64,000 nucleotides of DNA from Alphaproteobacteria bacterium (GTDB lineage Bacteria > Pseudomonadota > Alphaproteobacteria > MPNO01). The stretch's first letter is position 1; every line of letters starts with the position of its first letter. Location of the stretch: contig OZ219866.1 of assembly GCA_964291675.2 (NCBI GenBank), positions 1,920,001 through 1,984,000 of the forward strand. Direction: 5' to 3'. This document shows positions 49,047-60,008 of the stretch, piece after piece. Made by a program: the position numbers and the translations under genes. The notes beneath the pieces were generated by a model. It was not told the origin of the DNA and did no database searches. It saw nothing but the letters and a program-made list of their open reading frames with translations.

Positions 49047-50210
49047 TCAGTACGACCTGGGCAGGCCGAGCGCGCGCTCGGCGATGTAGCTGAGCGCGAG
49101 GTGCTGGCTGACCGGGGCGAGAAGGAGCATGACGATCTCGCGCATCAGGCGCTCGACATGGAACTCGCGCGCATAGCCCATGCCGCCATGCGTCGCCACC
49201 GCCTGCTTGCAGGCCTCGAACCCCGCCTCGACGGCGAGGAACTTGGCCGCGTTGGCCTCGATGCCGCAGGGCTCGCCCCGGTCGTACAGCCAGGCCGCCT
49301 TCATGGTGGCGAGGTGGGCCGCCTCCAGCGCCGACCAGGAGGCGGCGAGCGGGTGCTGGATCCCCTGGTTGGCGCCGATCGGCCGGCCGAACACGACGCG
49401 CTCGCCGGCATAGCGCGCGGCCCTCGCGAGCGCGTCGCGGCCGATCCCGACGGCCTCGGCGGCGACCAGGATGCGCTCCGGGTTGAGGCTCTGGAGGATG
49501 TAGCGGAACCCCTCGCCCTCGGCGCCGATCAGATCGCCTTCCGGGACCCGCATGCCGTCGAAGCGGATCTCGTTGGAATCGACGGCCTTGCGGCCCATCT
49601 TGTCGATCTCGCGTATCTCCGCCGTCGCGCGGTCGAGATCGGCGAAGAACAGGCTGAGCCCGGCGGCGGGCGCCTCGTCGCGCCGCGGCGCGGTGCGCGC
49701 GAGCAGCATGATCTTGTCCGCCACCCGGGCGGTCGAGGTCCAGATCTTGCGCCCGCGCACGACATAGCCCGCGCCGTCGCGCTCGGCCTTCGTGGCGATC
49801 CTCGTGGTGTCGAGCCCGGCATCGGGCTCGGTGACCGCGAAGCACATTTTCGACCGCCCCTCGATCAGCGGCGGCAGCCAGCGGCGCTTCTGGGCCTCGC
49901 TGCCGTGGGCGACGATCGCGTGCGGACCGAAGACGTTCATGTGGATGCTGGAGGCCGCCGCCATGGCGCCGCCCGAGGCGGCGACGCGCGTCATCATGAG
50001 CGCCGCCTCGGTCACCCCGAGCCCGGCGCCGCCATGCGCCTCGGGCAGCGCGATGCCGAGCCAGCCGCCCGCCGCCATCGCGTCGTAGAAGGCGTGCGGG
50101 AACGCCCCGTCGCGGTCGCGTTCCAGCCAGTAGGCGTCGTCGAAGACAGCGACCGTGCGGCCGACGCCGTCGACGATCGCCCGCTGGTCGTCGCTCAGCC
50201 CGAAATTCAT
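49047..50210 (-). CDS. Acyl-CoA dehydrogenase
   Basis: FAVTEPDAG, GRKIWTS, HGGMGY motifs. Confidence 0.95.
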   Translation of the reverse strand: MNFGLSDDQRAIVDGVGRTVAVFDDAYWLERDRDGAFPHAFYDAMAAGGWLGIALPEAHGGAGLGVTEAALMMTRVAASGGAMAAASSIHMNVFGPHAIVAHGSEAQKRRWLPPLIEGRSKMCFAVTEPDAGLDTTRIATKAERDGAGYVVRGRKIWTSTARVADKIMLLARTAPRRDEAPAAGLSLFFADLDRATAEIREIDKMGRKAVDSNEIRFDGMRVPEGDLIGAEGEGFRYILQSLNPERILVAAEAVGIGRDALARAARYAGERVVFGRPIGANQGIQHPLAASWSALEAAHLATMKAAWLYDRGEPCGIEANAAKFLAVEAGFEACKQAVATHGGMGYAREFHVERLMREIVMLLLAPVSQHLALSYIAERALGLPRSY

Positions 50211-50328
50211 CCCCGGTATCCCGTCAGCGGCGCCGCCATCGTGCCCCGCCCCCGGTGCCGGGGGAAGGCCCGGCGGGGGTTTCGCCGCCCGGGCGGCGAA
50301 AATAGAGTGCCCTTGCGGGGGGCAGTCC

Positions 50329-51306
50329 ATGACCAAATGCATCCGATTCCACGAGACCGGCGGGCCCGAGGTGCTGCGCCTGGAAGACATCGACCTGGGC
50401 CCGCCCGGCCCCGGCGAGGTGCTGATCCGCCAGACCGCGATCGGGGTGAACTACCGCGACATCTACCGCCGGGAGGGAAGGCACGCGGTCGAGGGCTTCC
50501 CGGCCGCGCTCGGCGTCGAGGGGGCGGGAATCGTCGAGGCCCTGGGCGAGGGCGTCGACCGGCTCGCGGTCGGACAGCCGGTCGTCGCCCAGGGCGGCGG
50601 CGACGGCGCCTATGCCGAGGCGCGCATCGTTCCGGCATGGCGCTGCCTGGCGCTGCCCGGCGGGATCTCCGGGCGGACCGCCGCGGCGATGATGGTCAAG
50701 GGCATGACGGCGAGCTACCTGCTGCGCCGGACCTGCGAAGTCGGGGCGGGCGACACCGTGCTGGTGCACGCCGCCGCCGGCGGGGTCGGGCTGATCCTCT
50801 GCCAGTGGGCCAGGCATCTCGGCGCCCGGGTGATCGGCACCGTCGGCACCGACGCCAAGGCGGCGCTCGCCGCCGCCAATGGCTGCGACCATCCGATCGT
50901 CTACACCAGGGAGGACTTCGCCGCCCGGGTGCGCGAGATCACCGGCGGCGAGGGCGCAAGGGCGGTCTACGATTCGGTCGGCGCGGCGACCTTCGAGGGC
51001 TCGCTCGCGTGCCTTGCGACGCGCGGGGTGCTGGCGCAGTTCGGCGAGGCGTCCGGCGATCCCCCGCCGGTCGACCCGCGCCGGCTCGGACCGCTGGGAT
51101 CGGTGTTCCTCACCCATCCCAGCCTCGGCCACTACTCCCGCACCCGCGAGGAGTTTTTGGACCTCGCCGGCTCGCTGATCGACGTCGTCCAGTCGGGGGC
51201 GGTGAAGATCACGATCGGCCATGTCTACCCGCTCGAGGCCGCCGCGGAGGCGCATCGCGCCATGGCGGCCAGGGAGACTGCCGGCTCGGCGATCCTGGTG
51301 CCTTAG
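50329..51306 (+). CDS. qor: NADPH:quinone oxidoreductase (MDR family)
   Basis: GGPEVL, HAAAGGVG, VYDSVG motifs. Confidence 0.9.
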   Translation: MTKCIRFHETGGPEVLRLEDIDLGPPGPGEVLIRQTAIGVNYRDIYRREGRHAVEGFPAALGVEGAGIVEALGEGVDRLAVGQPVVAQGGGDGAYAEARIVPAWRCLALPGGISGRTAAAMMVKGMTASYLLRRTCEVGAGDTVLVHAAAGGVGLILCQWARHLGARVIGTVGTDAKAALAAANGCDHPIVYTREDFAARVREITGGEGARAVYDSVGAATFEGSLACLATRGVLAQFGEASGDPPPVDPRRLGPLGSVFLTHPSLGHYSRTREEFLDLAGSLIDVVQSGAVKITIGHVYPLEAAAEAHRAMAARETAGSAILVP

Positions 51307-51580
51307 CCCCGCCCGAAGGGTCGTGCGCAGGCCCCGGACTTAGATCGGGGCAGGCGCCCGCCCGCTACGTCGCGGGCCTTGACTGCACCCTCGCCGCAAC
51401 CCTTTCCGACCGCCTATACACCACACGGCACGTACCCACGGGGCGGAGAAGAGCCGACGAGAGGTGACGGACCGCGGCCTGACCGCCACTTGTCGCAACC
51501 GCTCCTACAACTGGACCGACCCCCGGTATCTTCCTAGTTTCAACGGGGCTCCCATGACCACACGCGACGGAGCGGCCACC

Positions 51581-51847
51581 ATGGAACCGCCACCCAAACA
51601 ACGCCTGCACCAACTGATCGACGAACTGCCTGACGAGCAGATTCAAGCAGCCGAACGCTACCTCCACACACTATGCCGTGACGTACACCCCGTCGTGCGC
51701 GCCATGCGCTCCGCACCGATCGACGACGAGCCCCTCACGGACGAAGACCGCGAAGCGATCCTGGAAGGCCGACGTGAAATCGCGGCCGGTCACGGCATCC
51801 CCAATGAGCGGATTCGCCGCAAGCTCGGACTATGGAATGGCGACTGA
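51581..51847 (+). CDS. Type II antitoxin
   Basis: LHQLIDELPD...AP.DDEPLT.ED; overlaps the relE-like gene. Confidence 0.8.
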   Translation: MEPPPKQRLHQLIDELPDEQIQAAERYLHTLCRDVHPVVRAMRSAPIDDEPLTDEDREAILEGRREIAAGHGIPNERIRRKLGLWNGD

Positions 51848-52086
51848 TCTGGACCTCGCGCGCGGAAAGAGACCTCGACGCCCTCGACCCCATCGCCGCG
51901 CGCCGCATCCAGCGCGTGCTTGAACGCTTCTCCGAAAGCGGCCACGCGGACCTCCGCCGCCTCAACAACATCACCCCTGAACAATGGCGCATCCGCGTCG
52001 GGCATTATCGCGTCATCCTCGAATTGCTGGAGGACAAAGAGCAAGCTCACATCATCCGCATCCGCCGGCGCGACGCGGCCTACTGA
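51832..52086 (+). CDS. RelE/ParE-family toxin
   Basis: AERDL..LD, WRIRVG.YRVI, RRDAAY motifs. Confidence 0.9.
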   Translation: MEWRLIWTSRAERDLDALDPIAARRIQRVLERFSESGHADLRRLNNITPEQWRIRVGHYRVILELLEDKEQAHIIRIRRRDAAY

Positions 52087-52235
52087 CCGCGCCCCGTCGC
52101 CTTGCTCGACAAGGCCATGGCGCCGCGCATTGCCACCCCCAAGCCCGACGCGATCTCCCAACCTCCATTCGCCTGCACGCCGCTTTTCCCTCAACTCCTC
52201 GCGACTTCCCACACCGACCGACCCCTTGGGCACGG

Positions 52236-53495
52236 CTAGCCCGCCATGTGTTCGGCGATCGGCCCCGGGGCGGTGAGTGCCGCCCGGACCAGCTCGGCCG
52301 CGACGACGGCGCCCAGGCGGAGCTCCGCCGCGCTCACCCGCCCGGCCGTGTCGGCCTCGGTCAGCAGGTAGCGCGCGCCGGCGTCCGGGTCGCCGAACCC
52401 GGCGATCAGGCGCAGCGCCGGGATGCCGCGCTCGGCGAAGTTGAAATGATCGGAGTTCCGCAGCAGCTCCTGCCACGTCGCGATGTCGAGCCCGCGCGCG
52501 GCCGCGACCGAGGCGACGAACGCATCCAGCGCAGCGAACCCGCTGGTGAGGCAGGTGAAGTCGGGGCTACCGCCGAGCGTGTCGAGATTGACGACGACGG
52601 CGATCGCGCGGCGCTCCGCCTCGCTGAGCGAGTCGACATAGAGCCTGGAGCCGAGCAGCCCGGTCTCCTCGGCGGTGAACAGGATCACCCGCAGCCCGCG
52701 CGGCGTCGCTGCGACATGGGGCGCGAAGCGGCGCAGGATCTCCAGCGCGGCGGCGACCCCGGTCGCGTTGTCGAGCGCGCTGTCGGCCAGGTCGTGGCCG
52801 TCGTAATGGGCCGACAGCACGACCCATTCCGGGGTCAGGCCGGGGATCTCGGCGATCAGGTTGCGGCCGACATCCGCCTCGCGCCGGTTGTCGACCGCGA
52901 GGCGGATCCGGGCGCCCGCGATCGCCTGCGCCGTCGCATGGTCGACGCCGACCGCGGGCATGTTGGGCCCGGTCTCCTGCCAGACGCCGCCGGTCACCAG
53001 CCCGGCCTCCGGCATCGGGTTGGCGACGACGAACCCCGCCGCGCCGGCCTCCAGCGCGTGGCCGAACTTGATCCGCCGGTGGATGGTGTCGCGCGAGAAC
53101 GGGTATTCGTGGCGCACCAGGGCGAAGTTGCCCCGCACCCGGTCGCCGAGGCGGCGGAAATCCTCCTCCGCGCCGCGGCCGAGATCGACCGCCTCGCCTT
53201 CGACGCCGGGTGTTTCGTCCGAGCCGACCAGCGGGTGGCAGCGGAGCTCCCGGACCGGTCCGGGAGAAATCCGGGCCAGGGCGTAGCCGAGATTGGTCCA
53301 GCGCGCATAGCCGAATTCATGCGCCGAGACGGCGGCGCCGGGGATTGCGGCCAGACGGGCCTCCAGCAGCCGCGCCGCCGCCTTCTCGCCGTCCGAGCCG
53401 ACGAGGCGCCCGCCGCAGGCGGTGAGCGCCGCGAAGTCCTCCACGATCGCGTCCGAGCGGCGGATTTCGTCGATGATCGTTTCGCGGAATTCCAT
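52236..53495 (-). CDS. M28-family peptidase with PA domain
   Basis: SAHYDGH, DNATG, AEETGLLGS, NLD, SDH motifs. Confidence 0.9.
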   Translation of the reverse strand: MEFRETIIDEIRRSDAIVEDFAALTACGGRLVGSDGEKAAARLLEARLAAIPGAAVSAHEFGYARWTNLGYALARISPGPVRELRCHPLVGSDETPGVEGEAVDLGRGAEEDFRRLGDRVRGNFALVRHEYPFSRDTIHRRIKFGHALEAGAAGFVVANPMPEAGLVTGGVWQETGPNMPAVGVDHATAQAIAGARIRLAVDNRREADVGRNLIAEIPGLTPEWVVLSAHYDGHDLADSALDNATGVAAALEILRRFAPHVAATPRGLRVILFTAEETGLLGSRLYVDSLSEAERRAIAVVVNLDTLGGSPDFTCLTSGFAALDAFVASVAAARGLDIATWQELLRNSDHFNFAERGIPALRLIAGFGDPDAGARYLLTEADTAGRVSAAELRLGAVVAAELVRAALTAPGPIAEHMAG

Positions 53496-53500
53496 CGAAC

Positions 53501-54517
53501 CTACCGCGGCACGCCGAGCTGGACCACGCGCTCGCCGGTGGTCACTGTGGGCAGGGTCGCGATGCGCACCACCGGGCCGCCGCGCCGGGCGACGATGTCC
53601 TCGACCGGCTCGTCGAACGGGTCGGTGATTGTGGCCACGTGCTGGCCCGGCGCGACCTCGTCGTTGAGCCCGACATGCAGCGTCAGCACGCCGGCCCGGC
53701 GCGCCCGGATCACGTCCATGGTGCGGATCACCAGATTGCGCCCGGACTGCTCGACCGCACCCTCCAGCATGCCCAGCTTGCGCAGCACGTTGGCGATGCC
53801 GCGCACCCCGAGCGCGACCTCTTCGCCGTCGATGCGCCCGCCCTCGCCGATCTCGACGCCGAAGGCCGGGATGCCGCGTTCGCCCATCACGACATGCGGG
53901 TTCCGGTCGCCGACATACATGCCCCTGTCGTTGGCGAGGATGTAGTCGGCGCCGAAGGCACGCGCCAGCGCCTCGGCCTCGCCCACCGCCGCGCCGCAGC
54001 GCGTCGGCGGCAGGAAGGCGAACGGCGCGTAGCGCCCGCCGGTGGTCGGCGTGTGCACGTCGATCATGAAATCCGCATGCCGCATCAGCCGCTCGTAGAT
54101 CCCGTGCGCCATCGCCGAGGCGGTGTTGCCGTCGGCGTCGCCCGGGAAGGCGGCCCAGGGGTCGGCCGGGTTCTGGTCCATCGGCGATTTCAGCATGTGG
54201 CCGACGAAGAAGCGGTGCTGGACCTGGAAGGCAAGCGGGTTCTGCACCGGCACCGCGATGACCGTGCCGCGCAGCTTCGCCGGGTCGAGCCCGCGCGCGG
54301 CACGGCCGACGATCTGCGTGCCGGCGATCTCGTCGCCGTGGAAGGCGGCGCCGAGGTAGAACACCGGGCCCGGCGCGGCGCCGCGGACGACCAACGCCCG
54401 GATCTCGACCCAGCTCCCGTCGGCGAGCTCGACGGTGCGGAACCGGGTGTGCGAAGTCGTGCCGCGTTCGAGCGCGAGCCCCTCGATCGCGAGGTCACGG
54501 TCGCCCGCGCCCGCCAT
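53501..54517 (-). CDS. Succinylglutamate desuccinylase / aspartoacylase family protein
   Basis: HGDE, IDVH, EIG motifs. Confidence 0.9.
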   Translation of the reverse strand: MAGAGDRDLAIEGLALERGTTSHTRFRTVELADGSWVEIRALVVRGAAPGPVFYLGAAFHGDEIAGTQIVGRAARGLDPAKLRGTVIAVPVQNPLAFQVQHRFFVGHMLKSPMDQNPADPWAAFPGDADGNTASAMAHGIYERLMRHADFMIDVHTPTTGGRYAPFAFLPPTRCGAAVGEAEALARAFGADYILANDRGMYVGDRNPHVVMGERGIPAFGVEIGEGGRIDGEEVALGVRGIANVLRKLGMLEGAVEQSGRNLVIRTMDVIRARRAGVLTLHVGLNDEVAPGQHVATITDPFDEPVEDIVARRGGPVVRIATLPTVTTGERVVQLGVPR

Positions 54518-54518
54518 G

Positions 54519-55601
54519 TCAGCGCGCGAGCCGGTCGTGGGCGTCGGCGAACAGCCGGCGCATGCGGACGATGCCGAGATCCGACTGGGCCAGGAACTCG
54601 CCGTCGAGCGCGGCGCGGTTGCGCTGCGAGGCGAGCGCCGCCTCGTCCCCGTCGAGCACGTCGTACATCTTGCGGCGCAGCCGGAGGTGCCACAGCGTCC
54701 ACCAGATCCACCACTTCCAGCCGGTGATCCGGCGCTTGCGCACCATGTAGATCTGGGTCGCCCCGGCGTCGATCGGGGTGACGAAGACCAGCACCCGCAT
54801 CGCCCCGCCCGGCCCCGCCGACCAGGGATAGGGCACGTCGACCTCGCACCAGTTGGGGAAGTGATAGGTGCTGTAGTCGAAGCTCACCAGCTCCTGGCCC
54901 TCGCGCTTGACGAACAGCCCGTCGGGCCGGTCCTCGACCGCGATGACGTCCTGCAGCGCGCCATGCCCCATGGTGTAGGTGCCGGCGTGCAGGAACGGCG
55001 CGTGGATCGGGTCGACCAGGTTTTCGAGCACGCGGAACCAGCCGACGCCGTGCCATTCGTGCGGCACGATGAAGCCGCTCCAGTCCGGGCTTTCGAGCTC
55101 CGCCGGGTTGGGGCAGGCGCGCTCGGGCCCCCGCCCGTCGTCGTCGAACCAGGCGAACACCAGCCCGCCATGCTGCTCCACCGGGTAGGCCCGCACGCTC
55201 GCCTCCCGCGCGAGTTCGCAGGCGCCGCCCTCGGACGGGATCGCGACGCACTGGCCGGTGCCGTCATAGGCCCAGCCGTGGTAGCGGCAGCACAGCCGGT
55301 CCCCCACCACCGCGCCCAGCGACAGCCTGGCGCCGCGATGCGCGCAGCGGTCGGCGAACAGATGAAGCCCGCCTTGCGCGTCGCGCCACAATGCGAGGTC
55401 CTCGCCCATGCGGCGCAGCGCCAACGGGTTGGCGCCGTCCAGCGCGCTCGCCGGCGCCACCGCATACCAGTGGTTCCGGAGCCCGGACTCGAATTCCGCC
55501 TCGACCGCGCGCCAGCGCCCGCGCTCCGAATCCCGCCGGCGCTTCTCGCGGATGCGCTCGACATCTTCGGCCTCGACCGGTTGCGTCTCTGGTTGCGACA
55601 T
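54519..55601 (-). CDS. Rieske non-heme iron oxygenase alpha subunit (VanA-like)
   Basis: C.H...C..H Rieske motif; EN..D..H..F.H iron site. Confidence 0.93.
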   Translation of the reverse strand: MSQPETQPVEAEDVERIREKRRRDSERGRWRAVEAEFESGLRNHWYAVAPASALDGANPLALRRMGEDLALWRDAQGGLHLFADRCAHRGARLSLGAVVGDRLCCRYHGWAYDGTGQCVAIPSEGGACELAREASVRAYPVEQHGGLVFAWFDDDGRGPERACPNPAELESPDWSGFIVPHEWHGVGWFRVLENLVDPIHAPFLHAGTYTMGHGALQDVIAVEDRPDGLFVKREGQELVSFDYSTYHFPNWCEVDVPYPWSAGPGGAMRVLVFVTPIDAGATQIYMVRKRRITGWKWWIWWTLWHLRLRRKMYDVLDGDEAALASQRNRAALDGEFLAQSDLGIVRMRRLFADAHDRLAR

Positions 55602-55737
55602 GGCGCGTCGATGGTGCCGCGTTTCGCCCCGGCGCACAACGCGGCTCGTCGCCGCCCACCCGCGTTGTGTACCGCCGGCGCAGAATGACTATAATCACGG
55701 CGGACAAGCATCCACACGACACGGGGAGGTACACAGC

Positions 55738-56802
55738 ATGATCCGTTTCCGGCATCTGACGGCCACCGTCGGGATGGCCGCGCTCGCCTTGGGTGTGGCG
55801 GCAGGCGCCGCGCAGGCCCAGAAATACGAGCTGAAGATGACGTCCTACGTCTCCGCCAAGGGCGGTTTCTGGACCAACTACCAGCAGAAGTTCATCGATG
55901 CCGTCGACCTGATGACCAACGGCGAAGTCAAGATCAAGGGCTTCAGCGTCGGCGTGATCGCCGGCGCCTTCGACGGGCTGAAGGCGGTGCAGAAGGGGAC
56001 GGCGGACATCTCCTACAACTACCCCGGCTACCAGGTGAACGACGACCCGGCGAACGGCATCTTCGGCGGCATGGTCGGCGGCATGCCGATGGAGCAGTTC
56101 ATGCACTGGTATGTCGGAGCCGACGGCACCAAGCTGCTGGAGGAGTTCCGCCACAAGGAGATGGGGCTCCACCCGGTGCTCTCCGGCATGGGGTCGACCG
56201 AGTTCCTGCTGCATTCGCACAAGCCGGTCAGGACCATCGCCGACTTCAAGGGCATGAAGATCCGCACCGCCGGGCCATGGGCGGAAATCCTCCCGTCTCT
56301 CGGGGCTTCGGCCACGGTGCTCCCCGGCGGCGAGATCTACACCGCGCTGGAGCGCCGGGTGATCGACGCCAACGAGTTCGTCACCCCGGCGACCAACATC
56401 AAGATGGGTTTCCACAAGGTCGCCAAGTACATCATCATGCCGGGGCTCCACAGCCCCTCGCACATGAACGAGGCCACCTTCAAGCTGGAGACCTGGAACA
56501 AGATGCCCAAGCGCATCCGGGACCAGATCAGTGCCGCGGGCCAGCTCTCGGCGTTCCAGACGGCCATGGCCATAGGCATCCAGGATCTCGATGCGGTGGA
56601 AAAGCTGATGGCCGGCAAGAACACCTGGATCACGCTCGACGCCGCGGCCCAGGCCAAGATCGAGGAGCTCGGCCGCGCCTGGTCGGCGGAGCAGGCCAAG
56701 AAGCGGAAGGCCAAGGGCAGCGACTGGATGGAGCGGGTCTCCAATTCCTATTGGGGCTTCTACGACCGCTACAAGAAGTTCGGCGTCTACCGGCATAACT
56801 AG
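55738..56802 (+). CDS. dctP: TRAP substrate-binding protein
   Basis: Signal peptide; D.KG.KIR, EIY.ALE..VID motifs. Confidence 0.92.
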   Translation: MIRFRHLTATVGMAALALGVAAGAAQAQKYELKMTSYVSAKGGFWTNYQQKFIDAVDLMTNGEVKIKGFSVGVIAGAFDGLKAVQKGTADISYNYPGYQVNDDPANGIFGGMVGGMPMEQFMHWYVGADGTKLLEEFRHKEMGLHPVLSGMGSTEFLLHSHKPVRTIADFKGMKIRTAGPWAEILPSLGASATVLPGGEIYTALERRVIDANEFVTPATNIKMGFHKVAKYIIMPGLHSPSHMNEATFKLETWNKMPKRIRDQISAAGQLSAFQTAMAIGIQDLDAVEKLMAGKNTWITLDAAAQAKIEELGRAWSAEQAKKRKAKGSDWMERVSNSYWGFYDRYKKFGVYRHN

Positions 56803-56868
56803 GCCGACGGACGCGGCAAGCGCGCGGGGCGGGTCGCCGCCCCGCGCGTCTTCCGTCGCGGGTTTCCC

Positions 56869-57405
56869 ATGACCTCGTTCGTGCGCGCGGTCGACCGCGT
56901 CAACGATCTCCTCGCCGCCATCGCGATGGCGTTCCTGTTCGTGATGATCGCCGACATGCTCTACGAGGTCATCTCGCGCCGCGTGTTCGGGGCGCCGACG
57001 CTGTGGGCCTATGACATCGCCTACATGATGAACGGCATCGGCTTCCTGTTCGCCGCCGGCTACACGCTGCGCCGCAACGGCCATATCCGCATCGACTTCC
57101 TGTCGACCCGGCTGCCGCGCAGGAACCAGGACCTGATCAACCTGTTCGTCTACCTGTTCCTGGTGTTCCCGGCGCTCGGCTGCCTGATCTGGGGCTCCTA
57201 TACCGGGTGGCTGGAGGCGTTTCTGACCGGAGAGATCGAGCCGGTCAGCCCGTGGAAGCCGCTGATCTGGCCGCTCTATGGCGGCATCCTGGTCGGCTTC
57301 GTCTCGCTGCTGTTCCAGGCCATCGCCGAATTCATCCGCCACTGGCGCGCCGTCCGGGGGCTCGACCCCTCGCCGCTCGAGCACGCCGACGATATCGCGG
57401 CGTAG
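56869..57405 (+). CDS. dctQ: TRAP small permease
   Basis: 4 TM; PT.WA and HIRID motifs. Confidence 0.92.
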   Translation: MTSFVRAVDRVNDLLAAIAMAFLFVMIADMLYEVISRRVFGAPTLWAYDIAYMMNGIGFLFAAGYTLRRNGHIRIDFLSTRLPRRNQDLINLFVYLFLVFPALGCLIWGSYTGWLEAFLTGEIEPVSPWKPLIWPLYGGILVGFVSLLFQAIAEFIRHWRAVRGLDPSPLEHADDIAA

Positions 57406-57409
57406 GCGC

Positions 57410-58729
57410 ATGGACATTTCGCTCGCCGTCTTCATGTTCCCGGCCCTGTTCGTCCTGGTGTTCCTCGGGATACCGGTGGCGTTCAGCCTGATCGCGACGG
57501 CATTCTTCTTCGGCATCTTCGCCTACGGGATGAACCTGCCGATCCAGTTTCACAGCCGGATGTACGACGTCACGTCGAACTTCATCCTGGCGGCGATCCC
57601 GCTGTTTGTGTTCATGGGCGCGATGCTGGAGCGCTCCGGCATCGCAGCCAAGCTGTTCGACGCGATCAAGGTCTGGTTCGGACCGTTCCGCGGCGGGCTC
57701 GCGATCACCACCATCGTCATGTGCGGCATCTTCGCGGCGTCTTCCGGCGTGGTCGGCGCGGTCGAGATCGTGGTCGGGCTGATGGCCGTGCCGGCGATGA
57801 TGTCGACCGGCTACCGCAAGGATCTCGCCGCCGGCACGGTGTGCGCCGGCGGCTCGCTCGGCACCACGATCCCGCCCTCGGTGGTGATCATCGTCTACGC
57901 CTCGATCGTCGAGATGTCGGTCGGCGATTTGTTCGCGGGGATCATGATCCCGGCCGGGGTCATGGTGGCGCTGTTCCTGCTCTACATCGTCGGGCGCTGC
58001 GCGATCCAGCGCGACGCCGGCCCCGGGCTCGACCCCGCCGAGATCGACGCCACCTTAGGCGAGAAGCTCTGGCTTCTGCTGACCGCGCTGGTCCCGGCGG
58101 CGCTCCTGATCCTCTGCGTATTGGGGAGCATCTTCGCCGGCATCGCGGCGCCGACCGAGGCGGCCGCGGTGGGGGCGACGGGCTCGGTGCTGCTCAGCAT
58201 CGCCTACAAGCAGTTTTCCTTCGACGTGCTCAAGGCGGCGCTGGCGCAGACCATCAAGATCACCTCGATGGTCATGCTGATAGTCGTCGGCGGCGTGCTG
58301 TTCGCCAGCATCTTCATCATCCATGGCGGCGACGAGCTGGTCGCCGAGATCATCGAGGGCCACCAGCTCGGCCAGCTCGAGATCATCCTCCTGTTCCTGC
58401 TGGTGGTCTTCATCCTCGGCTTCGTGCTCGACTGGATCTCGGTGCTGATCATTGTGCTGCCGATCTCCGACCCGATCGTGCGCGCCTCCGACATCGACCC
58501 GCTGTGGTTCGGGGTGATGGTCTGCATCGTGCTGCAGACCTCCTATCTCACCCCGCCGATGGCGCCCTCGATCTTCTACCTGCGATCGATCGCGCCGCGC
58601 GAGATAACCTATGGCGACATGTACAAGGGGGTGGCGCCGTTCGTGGCGGCGCAGCTGCTGACGCTGGCCATGGTGGCCTTTTACCCGGCCACGGCGACCT
58701 GGCTGCCCGAAGTGCTGTTCGGATTCTGA
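57410..58729 (+). CDS. dctM: TRAP large permease
   Basis: AIPLF..MG, IPPS, PTEAAA, LTPP motifs. Confidence 0.95.
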   Translation: MDISLAVFMFPALFVLVFLGIPVAFSLIATAFFFGIFAYGMNLPIQFHSRMYDVTSNFILAAIPLFVFMGAMLERSGIAAKLFDAIKVWFGPFRGGLAITTIVMCGIFAASSGVVGAVEIVVGLMAVPAMMSTGYRKDLAAGTVCAGGSLGTTIPPSVVIIVYASIVEMSVGDLFAGIMIPAGVMVALFLLYIVGRCAIQRDAGPGLDPAEIDATLGEKLWLLLTALVPAALLILCVLGSIFAGIAAPTEAAAVGATGSVLLSIAYKQFSFDVLKAALAQTIKITSMVMLIVVGGVLFASIFIIHGGDELVAEIIEGHQLGQLEIILLFLLVVFILGFVLDWISVLIIVLPISDPIVRASDIDPLWFGVMVCIVLQTSYLTPPMAPSIFYLRSIAPREITYGDMYKGVAPFVAAQLLTLAMVAFYPATATWLPEVLFGF

Positions 58730-58808
58730 TCGCGCTCGCCAAGCATTGGACAGAGCCCGCGGCCGGGTGCAGTCTTCCAGCCCGACAGGGGGAGGGAGGC
58801 AGCGAGCC

Positions 58809-60008
58809 ATGGATGCGCAACCGGACCGCTCGTTCGCGGGGCTGAGGCAAGCGGCGATCGACCTGCTGCCGGCGATCGAGGCCGATGCCGACGAGGCCGA
58901 GCGGCTCTACCACCAGACCGACCGGGTGGCCGACGCGATGCGGGCGACGGGGCTCTACTCCTTCCTGATCCCGAAAGAGGCGGGCGGGGCGGAGCTCCCC
59001 TTCGTCGAGGCGATGGAGATCGTCGAGCTGGTCTCCCGGGTCGAGGGCTCGGCCGGCTGGTGCCTGATGGTCAACGGCGTGATGGGCGCATCCGCCGGCC
59101 CGTTCCTGCCCGACGAGGGGGTGGAGATCGTCTATCCCGGCGGCCGCAACTCGACGATGGCCGGGCAGGGGGTGCCGCGCGGCTATGCGCGCGAGGCCGA
59201 TGGCGGCTACGTGATCTGGGGCAATTGGGGCTATGCCAGCGGCATCCAGCACGCCGACTGGGTGCATTCGGGCTGCTTCCTCACGGACGGCGGCGAGATG
59301 CGCATCGACGAGCACGGCCATCCCGACATCGTGCTGTGCCATCACCCGAAGGACACGATCGAGCTCACCGGCAACTGGGACGTGCACGGGCTGCGGGGCA
59401 CCGGCAGCTTCGACTACACGCTGAAGGAGGACGAGCTCTTCGTGCCGGCGGCGTGCTGCTACAAGTTCGACAACCCGACGCAGCGGCGCGGCGGGCCGCA
59501 ATACGGCGCCGGGCTGGTGGCCTCGACCACCTGGGGCCACACGAGCTGGGCGCTCGGCGTCGGCAGGCGCGCGCTCGACGAGATCGCGGCGCTGGCGCGC
59601 AGCCGCGTCGACGCCTTCGGCCGCATGCAGGACGGGGCGCGCTTCCAGCAGAGCTATGGCGAGGCCGAGGCGAAGTACCGCGCCGCCCGCGCCCTGGTCT
59701 ACCAGGCCTGGGAGGATCTGTCGGAGACCTTCGCCCGCAACCGCCAGGGCAGCCTCGAGCAGATCGCCCTGATCCGCCTTGCCATGCGCCATATCCACGA
59801 TGTGATCTCCGACCTCTCGACCTTCGCCCACCGCGCCTCGCGCGGGGTGTCGCTCAGGCGGAGCGACTTGCAGCGCTGCTACCGCGACATCCACTCGGGC
59901 ACCCAGCACATCCTGCTCGCCGACGAGATCGCCCAGGCCTGCGGCAAGGTGCTGATGGGCGCCGCCGGCGCGGACGCGCAGTGGAACGTGCTCGGTCTCG
60001 GCGAGTGA
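58809..60008 (+). CDS. Flavin-dependent monooxygenase, acyl-CoA dehydrogenase fold
   Basis: G.W.YASG, WDV.GL.GTGS.D, LQRCYRD.H..TQH motifs. Confidence 0.88.
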   Translation: MDAQPDRSFAGLRQAAIDLLPAIEADADEAERLYHQTDRVADAMRATGLYSFLIPKEAGGAELPFVEAMEIVELVSRVEGSAGWCLMVNGVMGASAGPFLPDEGVEIVYPGGRNSTMAGQGVPRGYAREADGGYVIWGNWGYASGIQHADWVHSGCFLTDGGEMRIDEHGHPDIVLCHHPKDTIELTGNWDVHGLRGTGSFDYTLKEDELFVPAACCYKFDNPTQRRGGPQYGAGLVASTTWGHTSWALGVGRRALDEIAALARSRVDAFGRMQDGARFQQSYGEAEAKYRAARALVYQAWEDLSETFARNRQGSLEQIALIRLAMRHIHDVISDLSTFAHRASRGVSLRRSDLQRCYRDIHSGTQHILLADEIAQACGKVLMGAAGADAQWNVLGLGE